64,000 nt of DNA from NCBI GenBank assembly GCA_037443705.1, contig JBBINV010000009.1:8561-72560 (forward strand), read 5' to 3'. How positions within the stretch are numbered: the first letter of the stretch is position 1; each line of letters starts with the position of its first letter. The translations under genes and the position numbers were made by a program. Below are positions 1 through 9,196 of the stretch, in pieces. Source of the stretch: Betaproteobacteria bacterium. GTDB lineage: Bacteria; Pseudomonadota; Gammaproteobacteria; Burkholderiales; SG8-39. The notes beneath the pieces were generated by a model. That model searched no databases and was not told the origin of the DNA. It worked only from the letters and a program-made list of their open reading frames with translations.

Positions 1-129
1 CCTCTCGTCGCCCTCGCCGAACGCGAGCTTCTCCACCGCGGCCGCATCCAGCGCGGCCGCGGGGAGCGAAATCAGGACGGCGAGCGCGCCGATGAGCGCG
101 CCCGCCGCGGCCCGGATTCCCGGGATCAC
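1..129 (-). CDS. urtB: 5' end of urea ABC transporter permease (partial, runs off window)
   Basis: GTG start overlaps the urtA stop (GTGA); reads MIPGIRAAAGALIGALAVLISLPAAALDAAAVEKLAFGEGDER, signal-peptide-like; position directly after urtA. Confidence 0.65.
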   Translation of the reverse strand, partial: MIPGIRAAAGALIGALAVLISLPAAALDAAAVEKLAFGEGDER

Positions 130-1409
130 TTCTTCTCCGCCATGAGGGCGGGCCCGTCCTTCTTCTTCTCGTTGCCCGCGATGAACGGGCTCCAGGGCTG
201 GGCTTTCACCGGGCCCTTGGTCTTCCACACGACGTTGAACTGGCCGTCGGCCTTCACCTCGCCGATGAACACCGCCTTGTGCAGGTGGTGGTTCTTCTCG
301 TCCATCTTCGAGACGATGCCCGAGGGTGCCTTGAAGGTCTGGCCGTACACGGCCGGACGCACCTTGTCGACCTCGAAGCTCTTCGCCTTCTCGACGGCCT
401 GCTTCCACATGTGCACGCCGATGTAGGTCGCCTCCATCGGGTCGTTGGTGAGCGGCTTGTCCTTGTGGCCGGCGATGTTCTTCATCCTGGCGTAGCCGGC
501 CCACTTCTTAATGAATTCGTCGTTCGCCGGCGCCTTGATCGACATGAAGTAGTTCCACGCCGCGAGGTGGCCGACCAGCGGCTTGGTGTCGACACCGCGC
601 AGCTCCTCCTCGCCGACCGAGAACGCGACCACCGGGACGTCGGTCGCCTTCAGCCCCTGGTTGCCGAGTTCCTTGTAGAACGGCACGTTGGAATCGCCGT
701 TGATCGTCGAGACCACCGCCGTGCGCTTGCCCTCGGAGGCGAACTTCTTGATCTTGGCGATGATCGTCTGGTAGTCGGAGTGACCGAACGGCGTGTACTC
801 CTCCATGATGTCGGACTCCGCGACGCCCTTCTTTTTCAGGAACGCGCGCAGGATCTTGTTGGTGGTGCGCGGATAGACGTAGTCGGTACCGAGAAGCACC
901 CAGCGCTTGGCGGCGCCGCCGTCCTTCGACATCAGGTACTCGACCGCCGGGATCGCCTGCTGATTGGGCGCGGCGCCGGTGTAGAACACGTTCTTCGAGA
1001 TTTCCTCGCCCTCGTACTGCACCGGGTAGAAGAGAAGCCCGTTCAGCTCCTCGAACACCGGCAGCACCGACTTCCTCGACACCGAGGTCCAGCAGCCGAA
1101 CACGACCGCGACCTTGTCCTGGGTGAGGAGCTGGCGCGCCTTTTCGGCGAACAGCGGCCAGTTCGAGGCCGGGTCGACCACCACCGGCTCGATCTTGTAG
1201 CCCATCACCCCGCCCTTGGCGTTGATCTCGTCGATCGCCATGAGCGCCGTGTCCTTGAGCACGGTCTCGCTGATCGCCATCGTGCCCGAGAGCGAGTGCA
1301 GGATTCCGACCTTGACCGTCTTCTGCTGGGCGTACAGGCTCGTAGAGCCCAGCGCGGCCGCAACCGCGGCCGAGATTGCGAGCTGCTTGATGAAGGTGCG
1401 ACGTTTCAT
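126..1409 (-). CDS. urtA: urea ABC transporter substrate-binding protein
   Basis: VKVGILHSLSGTMAISE, FGCWTSVSRKSVLP, LFYPVQYEG motifs; start moved to MKRRTFIK (Tat-like signal). Confidence 0.95.
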   Translation of the reverse strand: MKRRTFIKQLAISAAVAAALGSTSLYAQQKTVKVGILHSLSGTMAISETVLKDTALMAIDEINAKGGVMGYKIEPVVVDPASNWPLFAEKARQLLTQDKVAVVFGCWTSVSRKSVLPVFEELNGLLFYPVQYEGEEISKNVFYTGAAPNQQAIPAVEYLMSKDGGAAKRWVLLGTDYVYPRTTNKILRAFLKKKGVAESDIMEEYTPFGHSDYQTIIAKIKKFASEGKRTAVVSTINGDSNVPFYKELGNQGLKATDVPVVAFSVGEEELRGVDTKPLVGHLAAWNYFMSIKAPANDEFIKKWAGYARMKNIAGHKDKPLTNDPMEATYIGVHMWKQAVEKAKSFEVDKVRPAVYGQTFKAPSGIVSKMDEKNHHLHKAVFIGEVKADGQFNVVWKTKGPVKAQPWSPFIAGNEKKKDGPALMAEKK

Positions 1410-1480
1410 TGCGGGGTCCCCTTGTGCGTTGGATTGGTGCATCCGCGGCGTCCTTCCGGCCGCCTCGGCAAAGGGCCGAC

Positions 1481-1496
1481 GCAACGACTGTGCCAA
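1481..1496 (-). promoter_or_regulatory. sigma54 (-24/-12) promoter of urt operon
   Basis: minus strand TTGGCACAGTCGTTGC matches TGGCAC-N5-TTGC, about 70 bp upstream of urtA. Confidence 0.85.
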
Positions 1497-1574
1497 TGGC
1501 GAAGCCTTGAAACAGCCGGATGATTCGTATGGCTTTTACCGCGGAATTCCGGACCCGGCGCGGCAGAGCCGTTC

Positions 1575-1620
1575 GCCTGAATTCGGTGCGGGCCCGATCA
1601 GGCGCGCACGATAATGAGGC
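1575..1620. promoter_or_regulatory. putative tandem NtrC enhancer sites
   Basis: GCCTGAATTCGGTGC (1575-1589) and GCACGATAATGAGGC (1606-1620) resemble GCACCAWWWTGGTGC, 31 bp apart, 80-125 bp upstream of the sigma54 promoter. Confidence 0.5.
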
Positions 1621-2293
1621 GTGCCTCGCCGATACCCGGGAAACGCGCCACGACCGTGCTTCCCGGTGCGGCCGCCTGCATCCCGCCCCACGAGCCGGTC
1701 GTCACGATATCTCCCGCGCGCAAGCCGCAGCCTCGGTTCGCGCAGTGCGCGGCGAGCCACGGCACCAGCCGGAAGGGGTCGCCGTAGGGGTGGCTCGCTT
1801 TCGAAACGACGACCCTTCCGTCCACGAGCATTTCGACTTCCTGCGCGGAAAAGTCGATTCTCCGCCACTCGCGCCTGCCGCTGCCTGCCACGAGGCATCC
1901 GTTGCTCTGGAAATCGGCGAGCTTCCAGAGCTCGGGCGCCTCGTTCCAGTTCGCGAGCCGCGTGGCGCAGACCTCGATCGCCACGAGCGCCTCGCCGACG
2001 GCAGAAGCGATCCGTTCTTCCGAAAAATTGTCTTCGACGTCCCGGACGAAGCGATAGGCGAGTTCCGCCTCTACCCCGAGGATCGGACCCTCGACCCGCG
2101 CGGGGCTGCGCAGCAGATCGAGTATCGGCGAAGCGGCTGGCTCGACACGGTCGCTCGGGCCGCCGACTTTCCAGGCGCCCGGACGCCGCCCGCGACGGAT
2201 CTCGGCGTACACCCGGTCCTGGATCGCGTAGGCTTGCGCGGCATCGCGCGGCGCTGCCTCCGCGAGGAGCGAAGCCATCCGGGCGAGGCTCAC
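1598..2293 (-). CDS. 2-keto-4-pentenoate hydratase / fumarylacetoacetate hydrolase family protein
   Basis: AYAIQ, GAWKVG, GVEAELA, ADFQSNG, LRAGDIVTTGSW motifs; GTG start coupled to the upstream stop. Confidence 0.85.
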   Translation of the reverse strand: MSLARMASLLAEAAPRDAAQAYAIQDRVYAEIRRGRRPGAWKVGGPSDRVEPAASPILDLLRSPARVEGPILGVEAELAYRFVRDVEDNFSEERIASAVGEALVAIEVCATRLANWNEAPELWKLADFQSNGCLVAGSGRREWRRIDFSAQEVEMLVDGRVVVSKASHPYGDPFRLVPWLAAHCANRGCGLRAGDIVTTGSWGGMQAAAPGSTVVARFPGIGEARLIIVRA

Positions 2294-3456
2294 GCAAGCG
2301 CCCGCTTCAGGCGCGCGACGCCGTCGGCGAGACGCTGCTCGGATGCGGCGAAGCACCATCGCACGAACCCCTCGCCCTGCGGACCGAAAGCCGATCCGGG
2401 CGCAAGGCCCAGCCCCGTCTCGCGCACGAGGCGCCTGCAGAACGCCAGGCTGTCGGTGACCCCGGCGATCCCGATGAAGCAGTACATCGTTCCTGCCGGA
2501 CGCGCGACCTCGATCCGCGAAATTCCCGAATGACCTTCGACGAGGAAATCCCTCGCCCTGCGCAACCGCTCGAGCCGGCGCGCGATCCCCGGCTCGCCCT
2601 CGCGCAGCGCCGCCACTGCGGCGCGCTGCACGAACACCGGCGAGCACGAGGTGTTGTATTCGATGAGCTTGCCGAGGTCGCGCGTCAGCGGCGCGGGCAC
2701 GACGAGCCAGCCCAGGCGCCATCCTGTCATGCACCAGGACTTGGAGAAGGTGTTGGCGACCACGAGCCGGTCCTCCGGCTCGCACAGGTCGAGGAAAGAG
2801 GGCGCCACCCCGCCCGCGCCGTAATAGAGCCGCTCGTAGGCGTCGTCGGCGAGGATCCAGATGCCGTGGCGCCGGCAGTGCGCGAGCAGCGCTTCCTGGT
2901 CGGGGCGCGTGATCGACCAGCCCGTGGGATTGTTCGGCGAATTGAGGATGAGCGCCCGCGTTCCCGGGGTGAGCTTCTCCAGGAGTTTTCCGACGTCCAG
3001 CGTCCAGCCCGAAGGAGAAAACGCGAGCGCCACCGTCTCGACCTGCGCCCCGAGGATCTTCGGGATCTCCTGCAGGTTCGGCCAGAGCGGCACCACCGTG
3101 ACCACGCGGTCGCCCGGCTCAAGCAGCAGCTGCGCGGCGAGCATGAGCGCATTCACGCCCGCGCTGGTCACCGCAATTCGAGATGAATCCACGTGGCCGT
3201 GGAGCCGGTCGAGGTACTTCCCCAACCCGTCGCGCAGCTCGGGGATCCCCAGGTTGTGCGTATAGAGGGTCTCCCCCGCGGCGAGCGACTCGATCGCGGC
3301 GCGGCGCACCGGCTCCGGGGTCGGCTCGTCGGGCTCGCCCACCCAGAACGCCAGCACGTCGGAGCGGCCGAGGCCCTCGTTGAACAGCTCGCGGATCTTC
3401 GATGCGACGAGCGCGCGGACCGCGGGCCGCGCCGCAACCGGCGTCTCGGGCTTCAT
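2290..3456 (-). CDS. PLP-dependent aminotransferase class I/II
   Basis: GEPD, LNSPNNPTG, ADDAY, NTFSKSWCMTGWRLG motifs. Confidence 0.92.
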   Translation of the reverse strand: MKPETPVAARPAVRALVASKIRELFNEGLGRSDVLAFWVGEPDEPTPEPVRRAAIESLAAGETLYTHNLGIPELRDGLGKYLDRLHGHVDSSRIAVTSAGVNALMLAAQLLLEPGDRVVTVVPLWPNLQEIPKILGAQVETVALAFSPSGWTLDVGKLLEKLTPGTRALILNSPNNPTGWSITRPDQEALLAHCRRHGIWILADDAYERLYYGAGGVAPSFLDLCEPEDRLVVANTFSKSWCMTGWRLGWLVVPAPLTRDLGKLIEYNTSCSPVFVQRAAVAALREGEPGIARRLERLRRARDFLVEGHSGISRIEVARPAGTMYCFIGIAGVTDSLAFCRRLVRETGLGLAPGSAFGPQGEGFVRWCFAASEQRLADGVARLKRALA

Positions 3457-3484
3457 GAGGGCGCTTATTCTAGACTGCCGACCC

Positions 3485-4654
3485 ATGAGGCCGCTTCCCC
3501 GGACCGTCTGGCTGCTCGGCGCCGTGTCGCTCTTCATGGACTTCTCCTCGGAGCTCGTGCACGCGCTGCTTCCCGTGTTCCTCACCGCGGTGCTCGGCGC
3601 GAGCATGGTCGCGGTGGGAATCGTGGAAGGCGTCGCGGAGGCGACCGCGTCGGTGCTGAAGGTATTCTCCGGGGTGCTTTCGGACCGCCTCGGCCGCAGG
3701 AAGCCGCTCGTGGTGCTCGGCTACGGCCTCGCGGCGCTTTCCAAGCCGCTTTTCCCGCTGGCGCCTTCCGTGCCGCTCGTGCTCGCCGCGCGCTTCATCG
3801 ACCGCGTCGGCAAGGGCATCCGCGGCGCGCCGCGCGACGCGCTGATCGCCGACGTGACTTCGCCCGGCGAGCGGGGCGCAGCCTACGGGCTTCGCCAGGC
3901 GCTCGACACGGTCGGCGCGGTGCTCGGGCCGCTCGCCGCGATCGGCCTGATGCTGCTGCTGGCAAGCGACATCCGCGCCGTGCTCTGGATCGCGGCGATC
4001 CCGGCGGTTCTCGCGGTGATCGTGCTCGTCGCCTTTGTTCGGGAACCCGATCACAAGGAAGGTCATTCAAAGAACGAAAACGCCCTCGCACTTTCGTCGC
4101 TCAAGTCCCTGGGCGCGCGCTACTGGATCGTCGTATCCCTCGGCGCGGTGCTGACGCTCGCACGATTTTCGGAAGCCTTCCTCGTGATCCGCGCGCAGGA
4201 GCTCGGGGTCGCGCTCGCCGCGGTGCCCGCGGTGCTTGTGGCGATGAACGTGGCCTACACCGCGGTCGCCTATCCCGCCGGCCTCGCCGCCGACCGCGGC
4301 GGCGCGCGCGCGTTGCTGCTCTGGGGCCTGGCCGCGCTTGCCGCCGCCGACCTCCTGATCGCCGCCAGCGCGCATGTCGCGTTCCTGTTCGCGGGAGTGC
4401 TCCTGTGGGGCGCGCACATGGGTCTCACCCAGGGACTGCTCTCGGCGCTGGTGGCGGAAGCCGCGCCGCCCGGGCTGCGCGGCACCGCGTTCGGGGCGTT
4501 CCACCTCGTGTCGGGAGCGGCGCTCCTTGCGGCGAGCGTGCTCGCCGGAGGGCTCTGGAGCGCCTTCGGGGCGCCGGCCACGTTCTACGCCGGCGCCGCG
4601 TTCACGGGGCTCGCGATGCTGGGCTTCGCGCGCGTAGAATTCCGCGCCCGGTAA
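3485..4654 (+). CDS. MFS transporter
   Basis: 12 hydrophobic segments; GVLSDRLGRRK motif A; DRVGKGIRGAPRDALIAD. Confidence 0.92.
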   Translation: MRPLPRTVWLLGAVSLFMDFSSELVHALLPVFLTAVLGASMVAVGIVEGVAEATASVLKVFSGVLSDRLGRRKPLVVLGYGLAALSKPLFPLAPSVPLVLAARFIDRVGKGIRGAPRDALIADVTSPGERGAAYGLRQALDTVGAVLGPLAAIGLMLLLASDIRAVLWIAAIPAVLAVIVLVAFVREPDHKEGHSKNENALALSSLKSLGARYWIVVSLGAVLTLARFSEAFLVIRAQELGVALAAVPAVLVAMNVAYTAVAYPAGLAADRGGARALLLWGLAALAAADLLIAASAHVAFLFAGVLLWGAHMGLTQGLLSALVAEAAPPGLRGTAFGAFHLVSGAALLAASVLAGGLWSAFGAPATFYAGAAFTGLAMLGFARVEFRAR

Positions 4655-4677
4655 CCGAACAGGAGGCAGCGAAACCC

Positions 4678-5223
4678 ATGTCCGCCGGACACGGCCACGT
4701 CGACCCGCACAACAAGGAGATCGCGCTCCTCATCTCGATCCTCGCGCTCGTGCTCGCGTTCTCCGAAACGCTCGGCAAGGCCTCGCAGACCGAGGCGATC
4801 AGCCGCAACATCGAGGCCTCGAACCTGTGGGCCTTCTACCAGTCGAAGACGATTCGCCGCGCCGCGCTGCGCACGGCGGCGGAGCAGACCGCGCTGCTCA
4901 CCGAGAACCCGAAGGCCAGGGAGCAGATCACGGCCTGGAAGAAGACCGCCGAGCGCTACCAGAACGAGCCCGACACCGGAGAGGGCCGCGACCAGCTCGA
5001 GGCGCGCGCCCGGGCGGCCGAGAAGAAGCGCGACGCGGCGTACGCCGCCTACCATCACTACGAGATCGCTTCGGCGGCCGTGCAGATCGCGATCGTGCTC
5101 GCCTCGGCCTCGATCATCACGACGATGCCCGCGCTCGCCTGGATCGCCGGTGCGCTCGGCGTGGCCGGGGTCGCGTTCTGCGTGATCGGGTTTTTCTTCC
5201 CCACGGCCGTGCACCTCTTCTAG
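4678..5223 (+). CDS. DUF4337 family membrane protein
   Basis: NKEIALLISILALVLA, ASNLWAFYQSKTIR, YHHYEIASAAVQIAIVLAS; GGAGG RBS. Confidence 0.8.
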   Translation: MSAGHGHVDPHNKEIALLISILALVLAFSETLGKASQTEAISRNIEASNLWAFYQSKTIRRAALRTAAEQTALLTENPKAREQITAWKKTAERYQNEPDTGEGRDQLEARARAAEKKRDAAYAAYHHYEIASAAVQIAIVLASASIITTMPALAWIAGALGVAGVAFCVIGFFFPTAVHLF

Positions 5224-5237
5224 GGAACCGGCGGCGC

Positions 5238-5309
5238 TGTCGTCCCCGCGAAGGCGGGGACCCATTGAACAGTCCATGAAGCTGGGTTCCCGCTTTCGCG
5301 GGAACGACA
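5238..5309. repeat. palindromic repeat family A (GTC..CCCGCGAA.GCGGG..CCA doublet)
   Basis: 27-bp inverted arms TGTCGTCCCCGCGAAGGCGGGGACCCA / TGGGTTCCCGCTTTCGCGGGAACGACA between convergent genes; REP/dRS3/RPE-like. Confidence 0.85.
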
Positions 5310-5331
5310 ACCGTTATTGAACTGATCCCGT

Positions 5332-8300
5332 TCAAGCGGCGCGCGCGGCCTCGCGCAGCCCGGCGCCGGTCTCGCCGCCGATGCGGAAGAAGAACGTCGC
5401 GCCCCTGTCCGGGGCGGAATCGGCCCAGATGCGGCCGTCGTGGCGCTCCACGATCCGGCGCACGAGCGCGAGGCCGACGCCGTTGCCCTCGAACTCCGAG
5501 GGCGAGTGCAGGCGCTGGAACATGCCGAAGAGCTTGCCGACGTAGGCCATGTCGAAGCCTGCGCCGTTGTCGCGCACGTAATAGACCGGCCCGAGACCCA
5601 TCGCGATCGAGCCGATCTCGATCCGGGCGTTCGGCCGGCGCGCAGTGTACTTGATCGCATTGCCGACGAGGTTCGCGAACACCTGCTTGAGCAGCACGCG
5701 GTCTGCGAGGCAGGACGGCAGCTCGCCGACCCGCAGGTCGATCTCGCGCCCTTGGCGCGCGGGCGCGAGCTCGTCGAACACCTCGTGCACCAGCGCCGCG
5801 GGCTGGATCGGCTCCTTGCGCAGCGGCTGGCGCGACAGGCGCCCGAATTCCAGCAGCCCGTCGATCAGCGCGCCCATGCGCTCGGCATTCTGCGCCACGC
5901 GCGCAAGCAGGCGATGCGCCTCGGGCGGCACCTCGCCTCGGAAATCCTCCATCAGGATGTGCGAGAAGCCCGAGATCGCGCGCAGCGGTGCGCGCAGGTC
6001 GTGCGACACCGAGTACGAGAACGCCTCCATCTCGCGGTATGCCGCGGTGAGCTCGGCGGTGCGTGCTTCGACCCGCTGCTCGAGGTCGGCGTTGAGCTTG
6101 GTGATTTCGCGCTCGTGCTCGGCGATCTTTCGCGAGGCCTCCTCGCGCTCGGTGACGTCGCGGTAGAACGCGAACACGCGCCCGCCCTCGATCGGAAGGA
6201 ACGTCGCGGTGAGCTCGACCACGATCACCGAACCGTCCTTGCGCCGCCGCCGCGCCTTCGCCAGGCCGTGGCCCTGTTCGCGCAGGCGCTGAATGCGCGC
6301 GAAGAACTCCTGCGGCGACTCGTCGACCAGCGTGTCGGTGACCGACATGCGAAGCAGCTCTTCCTCCGCATAGCCGAGCATCTCGCACATCGCGCGGTTC
6401 ACTTCGAGGACGTGACCGTCCATGTCGGCCATCAGGTAGCCGTCACGTGCCTTCGCGAGAAAGAGCTTCAGTCGCCCTTCCGCGCGCACGCGCTCGGTGA
6501 CGTCCTCGAAGGTCGCGACCACCCCGGCGAATCCGCCCTTTGCGTCCTCGAGGCGCGCGGCGTGGTGCGAGAGGATCCGCTGCAGACCGTCCGCGCGCTG
6601 CAACACGTAGACTGCCGGGCCGAGGATCGTCTCGCCGCCGGCGCGCAGCCGCTCGTAGACATCCTGAGGAAGCCCCGTGTCCGCGCCCGCGAGCGGCAGC
6701 CGCTGCCAGGGCACGTCGAGGTAGTGCCGTCCCATCAGCCAGGCGCGGCGCGCGCCGAGGATGCGCTCGGCCGCGGCGTTGACGAGCACGTAGCGCCCCT
6801 GCGCGTCGAGGATCGCGAGTCCCTCGGCCATGGTCTCGAGGATGCGCGAGAGCCGGTCGCGCTCGGCGCGAAGCGCGGTCTCCGCCTCGACCTGCGCGGT
6901 GACGTCGTGGCCTACGCCGCGGTAGCCGCGGAACGCGCCCGCGCCGTCGAACATCGGGCGGCCGGTGATCGACTGGTAGGTGACGCGCCCGGCGCGGTTG
7001 CGGCGCGCAAGGCGCAGGTCGCGGAAGGGCTGCCGCGCCTCGAGCACCGCGCGGTGCGCCGCCCAGTCGGCCTCGCTCATGTCGAGGTAGTCCATCTCCC
7101 AGCGCGCCTTGCCGATCAGCCCCACGATCGAAATATCGAGGCTTCGCTCGACGCCCGGCGAGATGTAGCTGAAGCGGTGCGCGGCGTCGGTTTCCCAATA
7201 CCAGTCGGTCGAAAGCTCGGCGAGCTCGCGGTAGCGCGTCTCGCTCTCCTCCAGCGTCCGCTGCACGTTCTTGAGCTCGCTCACGTCGCTCACAAGGCCC
7301 ACGATCCCGCGCACCCGCCCCGAGGGCGTGCGGTCGGGAACGTACTGGATGCGAAGATCCATCACGCTGCCGTCGTCCCGGCGCCGGCGCGCGAGCTCCA
7401 CGGTCTCTCCCGCGAGCGCCCGCTCCATGTACGGCGAGATCTCGGCATAGACCGCGTCGCCCAGAACCTCGCGTACCGTGCGCCCCACGGTTTCGCGCGG
7501 AGCGAGGCCGGTGATCCGCTCGTAGGCCGAGTTCACGAACACGAAGCGCTGGTCGCGATCGACGTAGGCGATCATCGCGGGTACCGCGTCCATCACCAGA
7601 CGCAGGCGCTCGCGCGCGCGCCGCACCTTCGCTTCCATGCGATTCGCCTCGGTCACGTCGCGCGCCACGCCCCGGTAACCGAGCCAGGCTCCGTCCCCGC
7701 CGAAGCGCGGCTCGCCGCTGATGACCAGGACCTGCGCGATCTCACCGGCCGCGTCCAGCCGCACGAACTCGACGTTGCGGAACGGCTCGCGCCGCTCGAC
7801 GAGCGCGGCCTGCGCCGCGCGCTCGCCGCTCACGCGTATCCCGAGCTCGCGCAGCGTCCTTCCTTCGGGAGGCGGGGCGAGCACGCCGCTGAAATCACCC
7901 TCGATCTTGGTGACGCGGTGCTCCGCGTCGGTTTCCCAGTACCAGTCCGAAGACAGCGCGGCGAGGCTGCGGAAGCGCGCCTCGGACTCCTGCAGGCTGC
8001 GCCGGCTCGCTTCCAGACGCTCGGCCATCGCGTTGATGTCCGCGGCGAGTTCGCCGATCTCGCCGCCGCCATCGATCTGCACGCGCTGCGCGCGCCCGGT
8101 GCGCGCGAGCGCTGTGACGCCGCGCTGCAGGCGCCGGATTGGCAGCGCGAGGCTGCGCCCGATCCACGCTGCGGCCGCCGCCGCGGCGGCGAGCATCAGC
8201 GCCGCGAAGAGAATTTGCCGCCTCAGTTCCTCCCGGGCGGGCGCGAGCGCGCTCTCGACCGGCGTGGAGACGAACACCTGCCACGGCGCGTTCGGCACGG

Positions 8301-9093
8301 GGACGCTCGCGCCGAACCGGCGCACGCCGTCCGGCGTCGTCAGCTCGCCCCGGAAGACGCTCCCCGCGCGCGCCGCCTGCACGAGCGGATCGTCCCGCGA
8401 ATCCGAAATGAGGTCGCGCGCGTCAGGCGGCGATGCGGCCACGGCGAGGCCGCGATCCGTAACCAGGAGCACGGCGCCGTCGGCGTCCGCCTTCCCGGCC
8501 GACAGCGCTTCCTCCAGCGTCATCAGGTGCACGCTGGCGACGATGGCCCCCCGCACCGACCCGGCGCCGTCCGCGATCGGACGCGCCGCCGGAACCGCCC
8601 ACTCTCCGGTCGTGCGCAACGCGATGGGCGGACCGATCGCGAACGACCGCGTCGCGATCGCGCGGCGAAAGTGCTCGCGATCCGAGATGTTGATTGCCGC
8701 GGTGTCCGGAGTCGTCGGCGAGGTGGTCGCGATCAGCGCACCGTCGGGCCGGAACACGGCGAGCGTCGTGGCCCAGGAGGAAACCTCGGGAAGAATCCGG
8801 CGAAGGCGCGAGCGCACCAGCCCGGGGCGCTCGAGGTCGTCGGCGACCGCGACCTCGACCGACGCGAGCAGCGCGCCGAGCCGTCTGACCTGCTCTTCGA
8901 GCCGCACTGCGATCCGCGACGCGGCGGACTCGTTCCCCTCGAGCGCGCGCCGCTCGGCGTCGCGCAGATCGTGGTAACCGACGAGCGCGGCGAACAGCGC
9001 ATAGGGCAGCACCATTGCGGCTACAAGCAGCAGCAGCCGGCCGCGAATCGTCATTGTTCCGAGCCAGCTGCCGCCGCTCGCGTTCTCCGACAC
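5332..9093 (-). CDS. sensor histidine kinase (Cache-HAMP-multi-PAS-HisKA-HATPase)
   Basis: two TM segments around a Cache-like domain, HAMP, five PAS repeats, FSYSVSHDLRAPL H-box, NLVGNAIKY, RDNGAGF, GVGLA. Confidence 0.93.
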   Translation of the reverse strand: MSENASGGSWLGTMTIRGRLLLLVAAMVLPYALFAALVGYHDLRDAERRALEGNESAASRIAVRLEEQVRRLGALLASVEVAVADDLERPGLVRSRLRRILPEVSSWATTLAVFRPDGALIATTSPTTPDTAAINISDREHFRRAIATRSFAIGPPIALRTTGEWAVPAARPIADGAGSVRGAIVASVHLMTLEEALSAGKADADGAVLLVTDRGLAVAASPPDARDLISDSRDDPLVQAARAGSVFRGELTTPDGVRRFGASVPVPNAPWQVFVSTPVESALAPAREELRRQILFAALMLAAAAAAAAWIGRSLALPIRRLQRGVTALARTGRAQRVQIDGGGEIGELAADINAMAERLEASRRSLQESEARFRSLAALSSDWYWETDAEHRVTKIEGDFSGVLAPPPEGRTLRELGIRVSGERAAQAALVERREPFRNVEFVRLDAAGEIAQVLVISGEPRFGGDGAWLGYRGVARDVTEANRMEAKVRRARERLRLVMDAVPAMIAYVDRDQRFVFVNSAYERITGLAPRETVGRTVREVLGDAVYAEISPYMERALAGETVELARRRRDDGSVMDLRIQYVPDRTPSGRVRGIVGLVSDVSELKNVQRTLEESETRYRELAELSTDWYWETDAAHRFSYISPGVERSLDISIVGLIGKARWEMDYLDMSEADWAAHRAVLEARQPFRDLRLARRNRAGRVTYQSITGRPMFDGAGAFRGYRGVGHDVTAQVEAETALRAERDRLSRILETMAEGLAILDAQGRYVLVNAAAERILGARRAWLMGRHYLDVPWQRLPLAGADTGLPQDVYERLRAGGETILGPAVYVLQRADGLQRILSHHAARLEDAKGGFAGVVATFEDVTERVRAEGRLKLFLAKARDGYLMADMDGHVLEVNRAMCEMLGYAEEELLRMSVTDTLVDESPQEFFARIQRLREQGHGLAKARRRRKDGSVIVVELTATFLPIEGGRVFAFYRDVTEREEASRKIAEHEREITKLNADLEQRVEARTAELTAAYREMEAFSYSVSHDLRAPLRAISGFSHILMEDFRGEVPPEAHRLLARVAQNAERMGALIDGLLEFGRLSRQPLRKEPIQPAALVHEVFDELAPARQGREIDLRVGELPSCLADRVLLKQVFANLVGNAIKYTARRPNARIEIGSIAMGLGPVYYVRDNGAGFDMAYVGKLFGMFQRLHSPSEFEGNGVGLALVRRIVERHDGRIWADSAPDRGATFFFRIGGETGAGLREAARAA

Positions 9094-9196
9094 GCCTTCC
9101 CCCCGGAATCGGGCCTATTTCAGCACGCACCGAGCCTACCGGAAACGCCGGGCGGGTTAAACATTGCAAGGCCCGGAACAGAGCCGCAAAAGGGCT

